In this document: positions 9,769-18,634 of the stretch, piece after piece | How positions within the stretch are numbered: position 1 is the first letter of the stretch | Layout of the letters: the number at the start of each line of letters is the position of its first letter | Assembly (NCBI GenBank): GCA_027451625.1 | Contig: DAIDIY010000047.1 | Span: 1-52,350, forward strand | Direction of reading: 5' to 3' | DNA: 52,350 nucleotides | Source of the DNA: Candidatus Daviesbacteria bacterium | Lineage (GTDB): Bacteria; Patescibacteriota; Microgenomatia; Daviesbacterales; UBA10151 | The notes under the pieces: generated by a model | The model's database searches: none | Told to the model about the DNA's origin: nothing | What the model saw: only the letters and a program-made list of their open reading frames with translations | Program-made: the position numbers and the translations under genes

Positions 9769-11625
9769 CTACTCCCCTAGTTTGGCTGCAGAAGTAGATA
9801 CTGGTGCAGCATCGAAGTTTTTTAATTTAGTTTTATCAGGACTAAAATACCAAGTATAAATATTTTTGACAACAGGTGCTGCGACATTTGACCCCTCACC
9901 ACCGCCTTCTATTAAAACTACACTAGAAAGTTGAGGATTATTAATTGGAGCATAAGAAACATACCAAGCATGAGTTCTCCCTTTGGGGTCTCCATATTCT
10001 GCTGTCCCTGTTTTACCAGCCGTAGGGATTGAAAAATTAAAAAATGGCCACGCAGTACCTCCATATTGAGGAACCAGACTGATTCCTTTTTTGACTAAAG
10101 TTATAAAGCTAGGATCAAATTTAAAATCTACAGGAAAAAATGTAAATTTTTTAATCAAAGATCCATCAGATGCAGTAATCTTAGTAACAAGATGAGGTCT
10201 ATAATCTTGACCATTATCAGCGATTAAATTGATCTCATAGATAATTTGTAGAGGAGTAGTGAGCAGATACCCTTGGCCTATCGCCATATGCAAAGTATCA
10301 CCTGGATACCAAATCTGCCCAATATTTTTTTCTTTCCATCTGTTATCAGGAACTAATCCAGTAGCCTCGCCAGGAAGATCTATCCCTAATCTTTGACCGA
10401 ATCCTATCTTTAAAGCAGTATCTCCGAGAATTTTTTCACCAATTTTCTCACCAAGCACATAGAAATAAGTATCATTTGAACGCTGTAAGGCTTTAACCAT
10501 ATCAACCGGTCCCTCAACCTTTCCATATTGTGTATAGTACCAATTTGTAAACGTAAATTTTCCTAGGTGTAAAATTCCAGTATCATTCACAATCGTTTGA
10601 GGTGTTATTTTTCCTGAACTTAATCCTGCTAAAGCTGATGTTATTTTAAAAGTCGATCCGGGAGGATATGTTCCTGAGATAGCTCTATTCAATAATGGAG
10701 CATTAGGATCATTAAAATAACTAGTTATTAAATTATCTTTATGGGGATCAGTAAAAGCATTCGGGTCAAAAGAAGGATAAGAGACCATCGCTAATACATC
10801 TCCATTTTGGGGATTTTGTACTATTGCAGCTCCACAACAAGATCCTACTGATAAAGCCGCCTCTTTGACACTACTATAAAGTTCCTTTTGTAAATTAATA
10901 TCCAATGATAAATAAATATTATCCCCGGGTATGGGGTTAATCGTTCTAAGTGTCTGAATTTTTCGCCCATCTGCATCAACTTCGATAATCTCTGCTCCGT
11001 CTTTCCCACGGAGAACGTTTTCATAAACTTGCTCTACACCAGCTCTTCCAATCCGATCCCCACTTCTATAATTAGCATACTGAGGTTCTTTAAGCTCACC
11101 TGATGATATCTGACCTACATAACCTACAACATGTGCCGCAATCTCTCCGTATGGATAATGCCTTATCGTATCAATCTCTAGCTCATTAGCCCTAGGATCA
11201 TGACTTGCCTCTAAAGACAAAGCTTCATCACGGCTAATAAATTTATTTTTTAATCTAAATCCTGGCTCATTATCTGCTAAAATCTGTCCATTTCGATCAT
11301 ATATTACCCCTCTGGGGGCATGAATAATACGAATTTGAATCCTATTAGAATCTGCCAAAGCTCTATTAGCCTCACCAGTTACTATTTGCAAATAAAACAT
11401 CCTTAAAAACAAACTGAAAGAGATTAAAATAAAGGCAATCCCGATCAATACTATTCTCCAGACTGAAATTAAAGGAACCTCTCTTTCATTAATTAAATTC
11501 GGAATCAAAGAATCTTCCCATTCAGTTTCCTTTTGTTTTCCAGTAGAAATCTTTGAAGAGACTTTCTGTAGGCTGTCATGAAAGGCTAAACCTAATTTTT
11601 TACGATGGCGTCGAAAACTTACCAT
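9769..11625 (-). CDS. mrdA: Penicillin-binding protein 2 (class B)
   Basis: APRGVIYDRNG dimerization domain, PGSTFK (SxxK), SNDTYF (SxD), KTGTAE; follows mreC-mreD. Confidence 0.95.
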   Translation of the reverse strand: MVSFRRHRKKLGLAFHDSLQKVSSKISTGKQKETEWEDSLIPNLINEREVPLISVWRIVLIGIAFILISFSLFLRMFYLQIVTGEANRALADSNRIQIRIIHAPRGVIYDRNGQILADNEPGFRLKNKFISRDEALSLEASHDPRANELEIDTIRHYPYGEIAAHVVGYVGQISSGELKEPQYANYRSGDRIGRAGVEQVYENVLRGKDGAEIIEVDADGRKIQTLRTINPIPGDNIYLSLDINLQKELYSSVKEAALSVGSCCGAAIVQNPQNGDVLAMVSYPSFDPNAFTDPHKDNLITSYFNDPNAPLLNRAISGTYPPGSTFKITSALAGLSSGKITPQTIVNDTGILHLGKFTFTNWYYTQYGKVEGPVDMVKALQRSNDTYFYVLGEKIGEKILGDTALKIGFGQRLGIDLPGEATGLVPDNRWKEKNIGQIWYPGDTLHMAIGQGYLLTTPLQIIYEINLIADNGQDYRPHLVTKITASDGSLIKKFTFFPVDFKFDPSFITLVKKGISLVPQYGGTAWPFFNFSIPTAGKTGTAEYGDPKGRTHAWYVSYAPINNPQLSSVVLIEGGGEGSNVAAPVVKNIYTWYFSPDKTKLKNFDAAPVSTSAAKLGE

Positions 11626-11633
11626 ATAAGTGA

Positions 11634-12086
11634 TTAATAATCCTTTTTAAAAACTAAGCTACTTTTACTTTTAACCTCAATTCTCTCAACCCAAATTTTT
11701 ATCAGTGGATAGATAACAATTACCGAAAGCGTTTGTATACTAAGACTCATCCAGTCAATACTTGTCCCCATTATCAAAAATAATAATTGTTGAACCAAAG
11801 TTAAAAGTAAAGCAAGAGGCAAAATAAAAAACCATTTTGTCGAGAATGGTACTCTTTTTATAAGATATGTTAATTTCACTAATATCAGATAAAATATGCT
11901 CAATAATCCGAGATCCATATTTTGGAGGAATGAAACTAACAATCCTAATCCGAATGCTAAATAGTAATTAGTATTATCTTCAACTAATAAACTTCGAGAA
12001 AGGAGTACAATCGCCAGAAGATCAATCCGCAATAATGAACTTTGAATGAAACTAAGTAGTATGAGCAGGATGATAAATATAATCAT
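11634..12086 (-). CDS. mreD: Rod shape-determining protein MreD-like membrane protein
   Basis: Very hydrophobic 150 aa (AFGLGLL motif) between mreC and pbp2; assigned mainly by synteny. Confidence 0.7.
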   Translation of the reverse strand: MIIFIILLILLSFIQSSLLRIDLLAIVLLSRSLLVEDNTNYYLAFGLGLLVSFLQNMDLGLLSIFYLILVKLTYLIKRVPFSTKWFFILPLALLLTLVQQLLFLIMGTSIDWMSLSIQTLSVIVIYPLIKIWVERIEVKSKSSLVFKKDY

Positions 12087-12874
12087 AAACTCTTGATAAT
12101 ATAAACTATCTCCAAATCTGAAACCTCAAAGTTGGGTTTGACTTCAGCTGTTTTAAATACCTCATTAGGATTATCATTCACCTTACTCACTGTTCCCATT
12201 ACTAACCCTTTTGGCAAATTGTTTTCTATCCCTTCTGAATACACTAAATCTCCCACCGAGATAGGCTCTTGATGTAGTATCTTTCCCATAATTATGACTG
12301 AGCTAAACTGTCCTTGCAGTATACCTTTCGCCTTTCCTCTCTCACTTTGTGAATAAACTGCAAGGGTTGAATCAGGATCTGCTAATAATTGGATTGAAGA
12401 TGTTCTAGGGCTTACACTCTTAACCTGCCCAATATAATTATTTAAATAAACAACAGTATCTCCCACTGCTACTCCGTCTTCTGAACCTTTATTCAGTATT
12501 AGATATCTTCCCTCTCCAATAGGTCTTGCAACTATTGTTTGGAAGCTATTTAAGCTCAATACTTTGTTTTGTGCTATTTGAGCTTGAGTTTCCGCTAATT
12601 GCTGTTCAAGTCTGGCTTTATCACTACTAAGCTGAGCAAGCTGTAATCTTAAAGCACGATTCTCTTGACCTGCTTTTCTTGCATTCCATATGAATAAAAA
12701 TTGATTCTCTGCCTTTACGCCAGTATCGTATATTCCTATCTCAATAGGTACACAGATAAGGGAAAGTTCTCTTTTAGGAAATTCTAAGATTTTAAATGTG
12801 TCTATTATTGCTATAAATACTGAAATAAATAGTAATACAAAAAGCAATTTCAGATCTGCTGTAAAAGAATCCAT
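12083..12874 (-). CDS. mreC: Rod shape-determining protein MreC
   Basis: TM helix, coiled coil (ENRALRLQL), LNKGSEDGVAVGDTVV, VGDLVYSEG...PKGLVMGTV. Confidence 0.93.
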   Translation of the reverse strand: MDSFTADLKLLFVLLFISVFIAIIDTFKILEFPKRELSLICVPIEIGIYDTGVKAENQFLFIWNARKAGQENRALRLQLAQLSSDKARLEQQLAETQAQIAQNKVLSLNSFQTIVARPIGEGRYLILNKGSEDGVAVGDTVVYLNNYIGQVKSVSPRTSSIQLLADPDSTLAVYSQSERGKAKGILQGQFSSVIIMGKILHQEPISVGDLVYSEGIENNLPKGLVMGTVSKVNDNPNEVFKTAEVKPNFEVSDLEIVYIIKSL

Positions 12875-12945
12875 CGTTGGTAATATACCACTAAAGGCTC
12901 AATACTTAAAAGATTTAATTACCAGCTTTACAGAGAATATTAAAT

Positions 12946-13251
12946 ATGATTATCATTGGTAAAGAGATAGGAGATAAACCTAAGTTGAAAAAAATTTTAA
13001 TTGTAGCATTTATATTTTTGATTATTATAATAGGAGGGCTCTCTTTATATCGTCAGTACCGACGTAACCATCTAACTCCTGTTTATACTAATCCTCAATT
13101 CCTTCAGAATAAGACTGTCCCTACTGTTACAACGAACTCTTCCTCAGATAGTTCTACACTCACCAATCCTAAAAAGAGTGCAGCTCAGATTAATCAGGAA
13201 TTAGATAATATAAATAGCTCTTTAAACAGTGATGACCTCAGCGGACTTTAG
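12946..13251 (+). CDS. Small single-pass membrane protein, Ser/Thr-rich
   Basis: TM helix followed by a low-complexity S/T/N tail; followed by a terminator. Confidence 0.7.
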   Translation: MIIIGKEIGDKPKLKKILIVAFIFLIIIIGGLSLYRQYRRNHLTPVYTNPQFLQNKTVPTVTTNSSSDSSTLTNPKKSAAQINQELDNINSSLNSDDLSGL

Positions 13252-13275
13252 AAAGTGTTTGACTAATAAATACTT

Positions 13276-13308
13276 AAAAACCCAGATTTTAATGACCTGG
13301 GTTTTTTT
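13276..13308. terminator. Bidirectional intrinsic terminator
   Basis: AAAAACCCAG-N11-CTGGGTTTTTTT between the convergent 12946 ORF and the 16S unit. Confidence 0.75.
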
Positions 13309-13328
13309 AATAGCTAAAAAGTGGTGGG
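13305..13328. repeat. 16S trailer arm of the pre-rRNA processing stem
   Basis: TTTTAATAGCTAAAAAGTGGTGGG is the reverse complement of 15806-15829 at 23 of 24 positions. Confidence 0.8.
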
Positions 13329-13632
13329 CACCGTCTTAACGGTGTAGTTTTTTAAAGAAGTACCAAAAACTTCTGTCACCTTATCCTCTAATTAGCTTAA
13401 AAATTAAGTTTTGTTAAAGGGTGAGCAAGGATAACAATGGATCCAAATTTCAGCTACCTATCGCCAGAGGCGATTTAAGGAATCTGTCAATTTGATCAAA
13501 TCTCCAGAAAGGAGGTGATCCATCCGCAGCTTCGGCTACGGATACCTTGTTACGACTTAAGCTTCATCGCTGGTTTCACCTTCGACCGATAAAATCGATC
13601 TTCGGGTGCCCCCAACTTTGCTGCCTTGACGG

Positions 13633-14373
13633 ATTGGAATAATTTAAGGTTATCTTCCGTTCCCACTTAGCGAGCCGATTTCCGGCACTAAGCGAGCCGA
13701 AATGTTTTTAACTCATTATGTAAAGCATCCATTGTGAGTTTTAAAAACCAAACTTATTGTAATGGATTCTCCTTAAAGAAAGGAACTATCACATTTTGGA
13801 TATCTGCTTATTTAGTAACTTCATACGAAGATTGTATTCTTTTTATCGTTCCCTTGAAACTTTCTATAAATATATCCTATCTTGAAAAATATACAGGCTT
13901 TGTCTAAAAGCCTTTTATTATCAGAGTTCTAATCTGAACTAAAAACAACCTTCTTCATCAGTTACCCCAACAATATAGTCTAACGTTAACATTTCGTAGA
14001 TTCCTTTGGTATCTATTTGTAATTATTAATCTCAGTAGTAATTCAGATTAATAATCTTGCCAATACCTACTATGAATCTGCTGACTTCCTAAGAGGCAAT
14101 TACCTCATTCTTCTTAGGATCTCCATGGGTTATATATAGTGCTATTCCGAACATTCCATATAAGTTTTAAGATATTTATCTTAAGACTTCTCTCAAACCG
14201 CCCGATGAGATCATCTATTAAAAAACTCTTTTTAGTTGGACTATTCTTCGCTTCAGGCCCTCCAGCTAAAAGGTTACCCTTTATAGCCTGCCAATTTTTT
14301 TTAGCTATCTATAAATTATAGAATAGGACTTTAACCTATTAGTACTATATACTGCCATGCGCGGATAAAATTT
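13633..14373 (-). mobile_element. Group II intron (IIC-like ribozyme core, no RT ORF) in 16S rRNA at E. coli 1402/1403
   Basis: Splits GTACACACCGC|CCGTCA. Domain V at 13662-13696 (CGC triad, 2-nt bulge, GAAA loop). Domain VI with bulged A at -8 and AAT terminus. J2/3-DIII motif AAGTCAGCAGATTCATAGTAGG (14066-14087). EBS loop at 14191-14210. Confidence 0.88.
13754..13992 (-). pseudogene. Degenerate LAGLIDADG homing endonuclease in intron domain IV
   Basis: Manual translation: MLTLDYIVGVTDEEGCF* (stop at 13939-13941), then frameshifted fragments DNKRLLDKACIFFKIGYIY and SYEVTK*ADIQNVIVPFFKENPLQ*. Confidence 0.85.
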
Positions 14374-15661
14374 GCGGTGTGTACAAAAGGCGAGAACGTA
14401 TTCACCGCGACCTGCTGATTCGCGATTACTAGCAATTCCTCCTTCATGAGGTCGGGTTGCAGACCTCAATCTGAACTGAGGCGAAATTTCAGAGATTAGC
14501 TTACAGTTACCTGCTTGCAACTCGTTGTTTTTCGCCATTGTAGGGTGTGTGTTGCCCAGGACGTAAGAGCCGTGCTGACCTGACATCATCCCCACCTTCC
14601 TCCCCGACAAAATCGGGGCTGTTTCGCATGAATAATTTAACATACGATGGGGGTTGCGCTCGTTACCCGACTTAACGGTACAGCTCACGCCACGAGCTGA
14701 CGACGGCCATGCAGCATCTGTGTAGCACCCTCGAAGGTCACACGTTTCCGTGCGCTTGCAGCTACATGTCAAGTCCTGGTGAGGTTCTTCGCTTTGAATC
14801 GAATTAAACCACACGCTCCACTGCTTGTGCGCCTTCCCGTCAATTCCTTTGAGTTTTAAACTTGCGTTCGTACTCCCCAGGCGCTCTGCTTAACGCGTTA
14901 GCTTCGACACTGATTCCGACAAATCGGAACCAATATCTAGCAGAGATCGTTTACGGCTTGGACTACGCAGGTCTCTAATCTGCTTCGCTCCCCAAGCTGT
15001 CGTGCCTAAGCGTCAAGAATACCCTAGGTGTCTGACTTCTCCTTCGGCGTTCCCGATGATCTCAACACATTTCACTGCTCCACCATCGGTTCCAACACCC
15101 TCTTGTATCTTCAAGATTGAACATATCTTGTCCCAAACCTCGATTGAGTCGAGGGCTTTCAAACAAGATGCTTCAATCCGCCTACGCAACTCTTTACGCC
15201 CAATGAATCCGGATAACGCTTGCACCCTACGTATTACCGAGGCTTCTGGCACGTAGTTAGCAGGTGCTTATTCGCTAAGTACCGTCATAATCTTTCTTAG
15301 CAAAAGGAGTTTACAATCCGAAGACCTTCAATCCTCCACGCGGCGTCGCTCGGTCAGGCTTTCGCCCATTGCCGAATATTCCCAGTTGCTGCCACCCGTA
15401 GGTGTATGGGCCGTGTCGCAGTCCCATTGTGGCTGACCATCCTCTCAGACCAGCTACCCGTCGTTGCCTTGGTAGGCCATTACCCTACCAACTAGCTGAT
15501 AGGACGCAGGCTCATCTTAAAGCGCGAAAGCTTTAGTCTTACGACCACATTGGAAATTACCCCATCTTTCGATAAGCTATGTCCAACTTTAAGGAAGATA
15601 CCCACGCGTTACTCACCCGTCCGCCGGTTGCCCTTGCGGGCCCCCTTGACTTGCATGCTTA

Positions 15662-15704
<43 letters not shown>

Positions 15705-15805
15705 AAAAAAAGCGTAAATAGTTAGTTTAGTTTTATCTGAAAATCAAATAAAACTATTTAATACTAAGCTTTTTGGAATTGACAAGTTGACTCTTGTCAA
15801 AAAAT

Positions 15806-15829
15806 CCCACCACTTTTTCGCTATTAAAA
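15806..15829. repeat. 16S leader arm of the pre-rRNA processing stem
   Basis: CCCACCACTTTTTCGCTATTAAAA pairs with 13305-13328. Confidence 0.8.
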
Positions 15830-15844
15830 GTGGTTAAACTATTT

Positions 15845-15859
15845 CAATTTTCAAAGAGC
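15845..15859 (-). promoter_or_regulatory. rRNA antitermination boxA-like element
   Basis: Minus-strand GCTCTTTGAAAATTG in the 16S leader. Confidence 0.65.
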
Positions 15860-15982
15860 TATAGACCTTCTTTATAAAAACTTCATGGAAGGTGGTCTGT
15901 GAGGACCTAATTAGTTATGAGTAGTTTTCTTGCATTAAAAGAACTTTCCCAAACCTATCTTTGAAACTTCAAAGATGTAAGT

Positions 15983-16011
15983 ATTCTACCTAATATGACA
16001 TCTAGTGTCAA
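15983..16011 (-). promoter_or_regulatory. Sigma70-type promoter of the 16S gene
   Basis: TTGACA-17 nt-TAGAAT on the minus strand, about 270 nt upstream of the 16S 5' end. Confidence 0.85.
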
Positions 16012-16027
16012 TCCCAAATGAAGCTAT

Positions 16028-16570
16028 TTAAAAAATTGATAAAGATTGGTTAGATAAAAACAAAGAAGAGGAAAATTTCCGCTTTAAAATGACGCCTAAA
16101 TCAATATTGCCAAAACTAGCACTCCTTTCCTTTGCATATGGTAATTGATTCTCCAAAGGCACTAACCCCTGTAAGTTTCCTTCACCTACATTCAATGATT
16201 GCGGCAAAATGGGACCAGATCCTCTCACATTAAATGCCGATATTGCTTGATCGGAGATTCTCGTCTCTACAATCCTACCTTTCAGGTTATAAAAGCTCTC
16301 CATGCGAGTGTCTAAAGTTAACGAATATCCGCATCCTTTTTCCAAAGCCTCTGTTACGAGCTTAATTCCATCTAATCCTGCGGAAAGACAGGCTAATAAA
16401 GTTCTTCCAGCTTGATTAAAATCTCCCTCCTTAACTCCAGTTACCATTCTAATACAAACTTGATAATCATCAGCCTGTGGAATCGGTTTTAAGCTCTGAA
16501 AATTTTCATCCTGATCCAAAGGTTGGATATAAGAAGTATTTTGAAATACCAAAAAGTCAGAGTTACTCAT
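16028..16570 (-). CDS. Hypothetical protein
   Basis: 180-aa ORF in AT-rich DNA with TAAAAT 6 nt before the ATG; no recognised motif. Confidence 0.6.
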   Translation of the reverse strand: MSNSDFLVFQNTSYIQPLDQDENFQSLKPIPQADDYQVCIRMVTGVKEGDFNQAGRTLLACLSAGLDGIKLVTEALEKGCGYSLTLDTRMESFYNLKGRIVETRISDQAISAFNVRGSGPILPQSLNVGEGNLQGLVPLENQLPYAKERSASFGNIDLGVILKRKFSSSLFLSNQSLSIF

Positions 16571-16649
16571 GACAGTATTTTACTACCATTTTATCGTTTT
16601 GAAGAATATATATTGCAAGAGTTAAGGAATTAACTTAATCTTAGTATAG

Positions 16650-17510
16650 ATGAAGTCAAAATTAATTATTAAGTTAATTTTAGCATTATTTATTATAATA
16701 TTAATTCTTCCAATTAGCCCTTCTAAAGCTCTTTCATCAAATACTACAATTCCTTGTCCCACCCCTGCCGCAGGAGCTTATCAAGGTATTCTAGTATCCC
16801 CTAATGATTTACTTACCGCACCCACCCCAGATGCGAATAATTTTTCAACTTTCTCAGGGACCAATTGCATTATAAGCAATGCTACTATTTTTTCAGATTA
16901 TTACTTTACTTCATTTGATAATGCACTCACTACTTATTTTACGAAAACTAATATCTCAAAGCTTTCACTTGTATATACACCTCCGGGGTCTGGAAGCTGT
17001 AATAAACAAACATTTACGCTTAACAATGATCAAAGTTGCTTTCAAAACTCACAAGGTAATTATGACCGATTATACTCTGTACAAAATGCTAATATAGATA
17101 TTCAAGGCGATCCTTCATCAATTTTTACCGTACCAACTGTTTTTTTTATTGATGGAAATCTTAATATCAAACACAATATTGCAGCAAGAAATGGCGTATT
17201 AACTTTTATTGTTTCTGGGAACATCAATATCGACCCTTCAGTAACGAATATAGATGCTTTTATGATAACTTTCGGTTCCTTTTGCGATAGTTATGTCTCA
17301 AATAGTTGTCAATCCAATGGCAGTGATTCTAAGCTTGTTATTAATGGATCAGTTATTTATTTGAACCCAAGCTCAACAAGCCCTAGTTTTGTTCGCAGAA
17401 TTTCTGGAACCGTAAGTTCATCAGAACAGATAATTTACGACCCAAGCTATATAGTTAATTTTGCAAATATCTTTTCTCAAGATCAAATTATCTGGAGCGA
17501 GATTCAATAA
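16650..17510 (+). CDS. Secreted beta-rich (beta-helix-like) protein
   Basis: Signal peptide (..PSKA), several Cys, repeated beta-turn motifs FIDGNLNI, IVSGNINID, LVINGSVI, QIIYDP. Confidence 0.8.
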   Translation: MKSKLIIKLILALFIIILILPISPSKALSSNTTIPCPTPAAGAYQGILVSPNDLLTAPTPDANNFSTFSGTNCIISNATIFSDYYFTSFDNALTTYFTKTNISKLSLVYTPPGSGSCNKQTFTLNNDQSCFQNSQGNYDRLYSVQNANIDIQGDPSSIFTVPTVFFIDGNLNIKHNIAARNGVLTFIVSGNINIDPSVTNIDAFMITFGSFCDSYVSNSCQSNGSDSKLVINGSVIYLNPSSTSPSFVRRISGTVSSSEQIIYDPSYIVNFANIFSQDQIIWSEIQ

Positions 17511-17564
17511 GAGTTTATAAAACTAAAATCTGCTAATTATTAGGAAACTGTGGGCAATATATTA

Positions 17565-18634
17565 GACTTGTAGCGAAATAGCTTTAATTATCCCCCTTAC
17601 ACCTGATATTTTATCCAGGTGGTCTGGTAAAGTTATATATACAAGCTACAGTTTTAATTGGTAGATTTAATTGCTCCTGATTTGTAATTTTTCCCCTGTA
17701 CCTTTGGCTTAATATATTGAAATGTTTAAGGTAACTGATTGGATGTTCTACCTTTACCCTAATGGAGGAGATTTTATGGTTGTTTCTTTTCTCCTCTTCA
17801 GTTAACTCTTTACCTTTAGGTTTTTTCTGAGGTAGGATCATCTTAAGATGAGGATTAATACCATTTGAGCCTAGATATCCTAAATCCGCTATATCTACTG
17901 AATTAGGTGGAATATACAAAGTATTTTTATCAGATTCAAACAATTTCTCATCATGAACAGTTCCTGGAACTGTATCTGAAACAGAAGTTATCCTTTTGGT
18001 TTTAGGATTAACCATAATTTGATTTTTAACACTATGATGTTTCTTTTTGCCTGAATAATAATTTTCTTGATTTATGTTATGGCTAATATTAGCTTTAGCA
18101 TTATCTTTAGGTCGTTGGATTGCTCTTTCAGTACAATCAACAATGAACTCAGATAATTCTGGATACTCCAGTATCCAACTCTCAAATGAGTTAATCCGGT
18201 GTAATCTTTGTTTTAAGGCTAGCTCATGACCTAATGCAGCAAACAGTACTTTAGATAAAAATTTAGTCCAAAGTTGAATGTTCCTTTTATCAAACTCAAA
18301 TAGTACTTGAGCAAATCTAAAGGTAGGATATATTTTGTAGTAAAACAGGATGAAAAACAGTTTATCTGTATCATCTTTTAAAGTTGAATGTCTTCCACCA
18401 CCTACATCCCTGACTCTGATAAATGAATATGCTCTTTTAGTTTCAGCTTGCCTTAGAGCTTTAGAAAATTTAGGCAATAGCTGATTAAATTGATTAAAAG
18501 TAATGCCAATTGCATATTGAAAAAGTTCAGGGTGTTTGAGAAGATAATTTATCATAAAGGCAGTAGCTGACAGGCTCCTGCCTTTTATGTTATCAACCTA
18601 ATTTAATTTTAGTCAAATTAAATCGCTACAAGTT
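17565..18634 (-). mobile_element. IS5-family (ISL2-like) insertion sequence
   Basis: Terminal inverted repeats GACTTGTAGCGA (17565-17576) and TCGCTACAAGTT (18623-18634), flanked by TA on both sides (TTA also possible; ends +/-1). Confidence 0.85.
17611..18555 (-). CDS. IS5-family DDE transposase (HTH_Tnp_4 + DDE_Tnp_4 type)
   Basis: IVDCTERAIQRP, YYSGKKKHHSVK, GTVHD, ADLGYLG, RVKVEH; intact 314 aa. Confidence 0.93.
   Translation of the reverse strand: MINYLLKHPELFQYAIGITFNQFNQLLPKFSKALRQAETKRAYSFIRVRDVGGGRHSTLKDDTDKLFFILFYYKIYPTFRFAQVLFEFDKRNIQLWTKFLSKVLFAALGHELALKQRLHRINSFESWILEYPELSEFIVDCTERAIQRPKDNAKANISHNINQENYYSGKKKHHSVKNQIMVNPKTKRITSVSDTVPGTVHDEKLFESDKNTLYIPPNSVDIADLGYLGSNGINPHLKMILPQKKPKGKELTEEEKRNNHKISSIRVKVEHPISYLKHFNILSQRYRGKITNQEQLNLPIKTVACIYNFTRPPG

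Noticed and set aside
13330-13505. Possible tRNA in the 16S trailer
   Set aside because: Only small hairpins are present (CACCGT/ACGGTG, ATCGCC/GGCGAT), with no cloverleaf or T-loop GTTC motif.
13668-13700. Short direct repeat AGCGAGCCGA occurring twice
   Set aside because: It is explained by the domain IV/V junction and the domain V arms, and is not a CRISPR or tandem repeat.
13633-14373. Group I intron interpretation of the 16S insertion, suggested by the LAGLIDADG remnant
   Set aside because: The 5' exon ends in C rather than U and the intron ends in T rather than omega-G. Clear group II DV/DVI, J2/3 and EBS elements are present.
14139-15256. ORF-track entries 14139-14321, 14305-14814, 15002-15256 and 15013-15252
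   Set aside because: They lie within the 16S rRNA or intron domain I and are chance ORFs in structured RNA.
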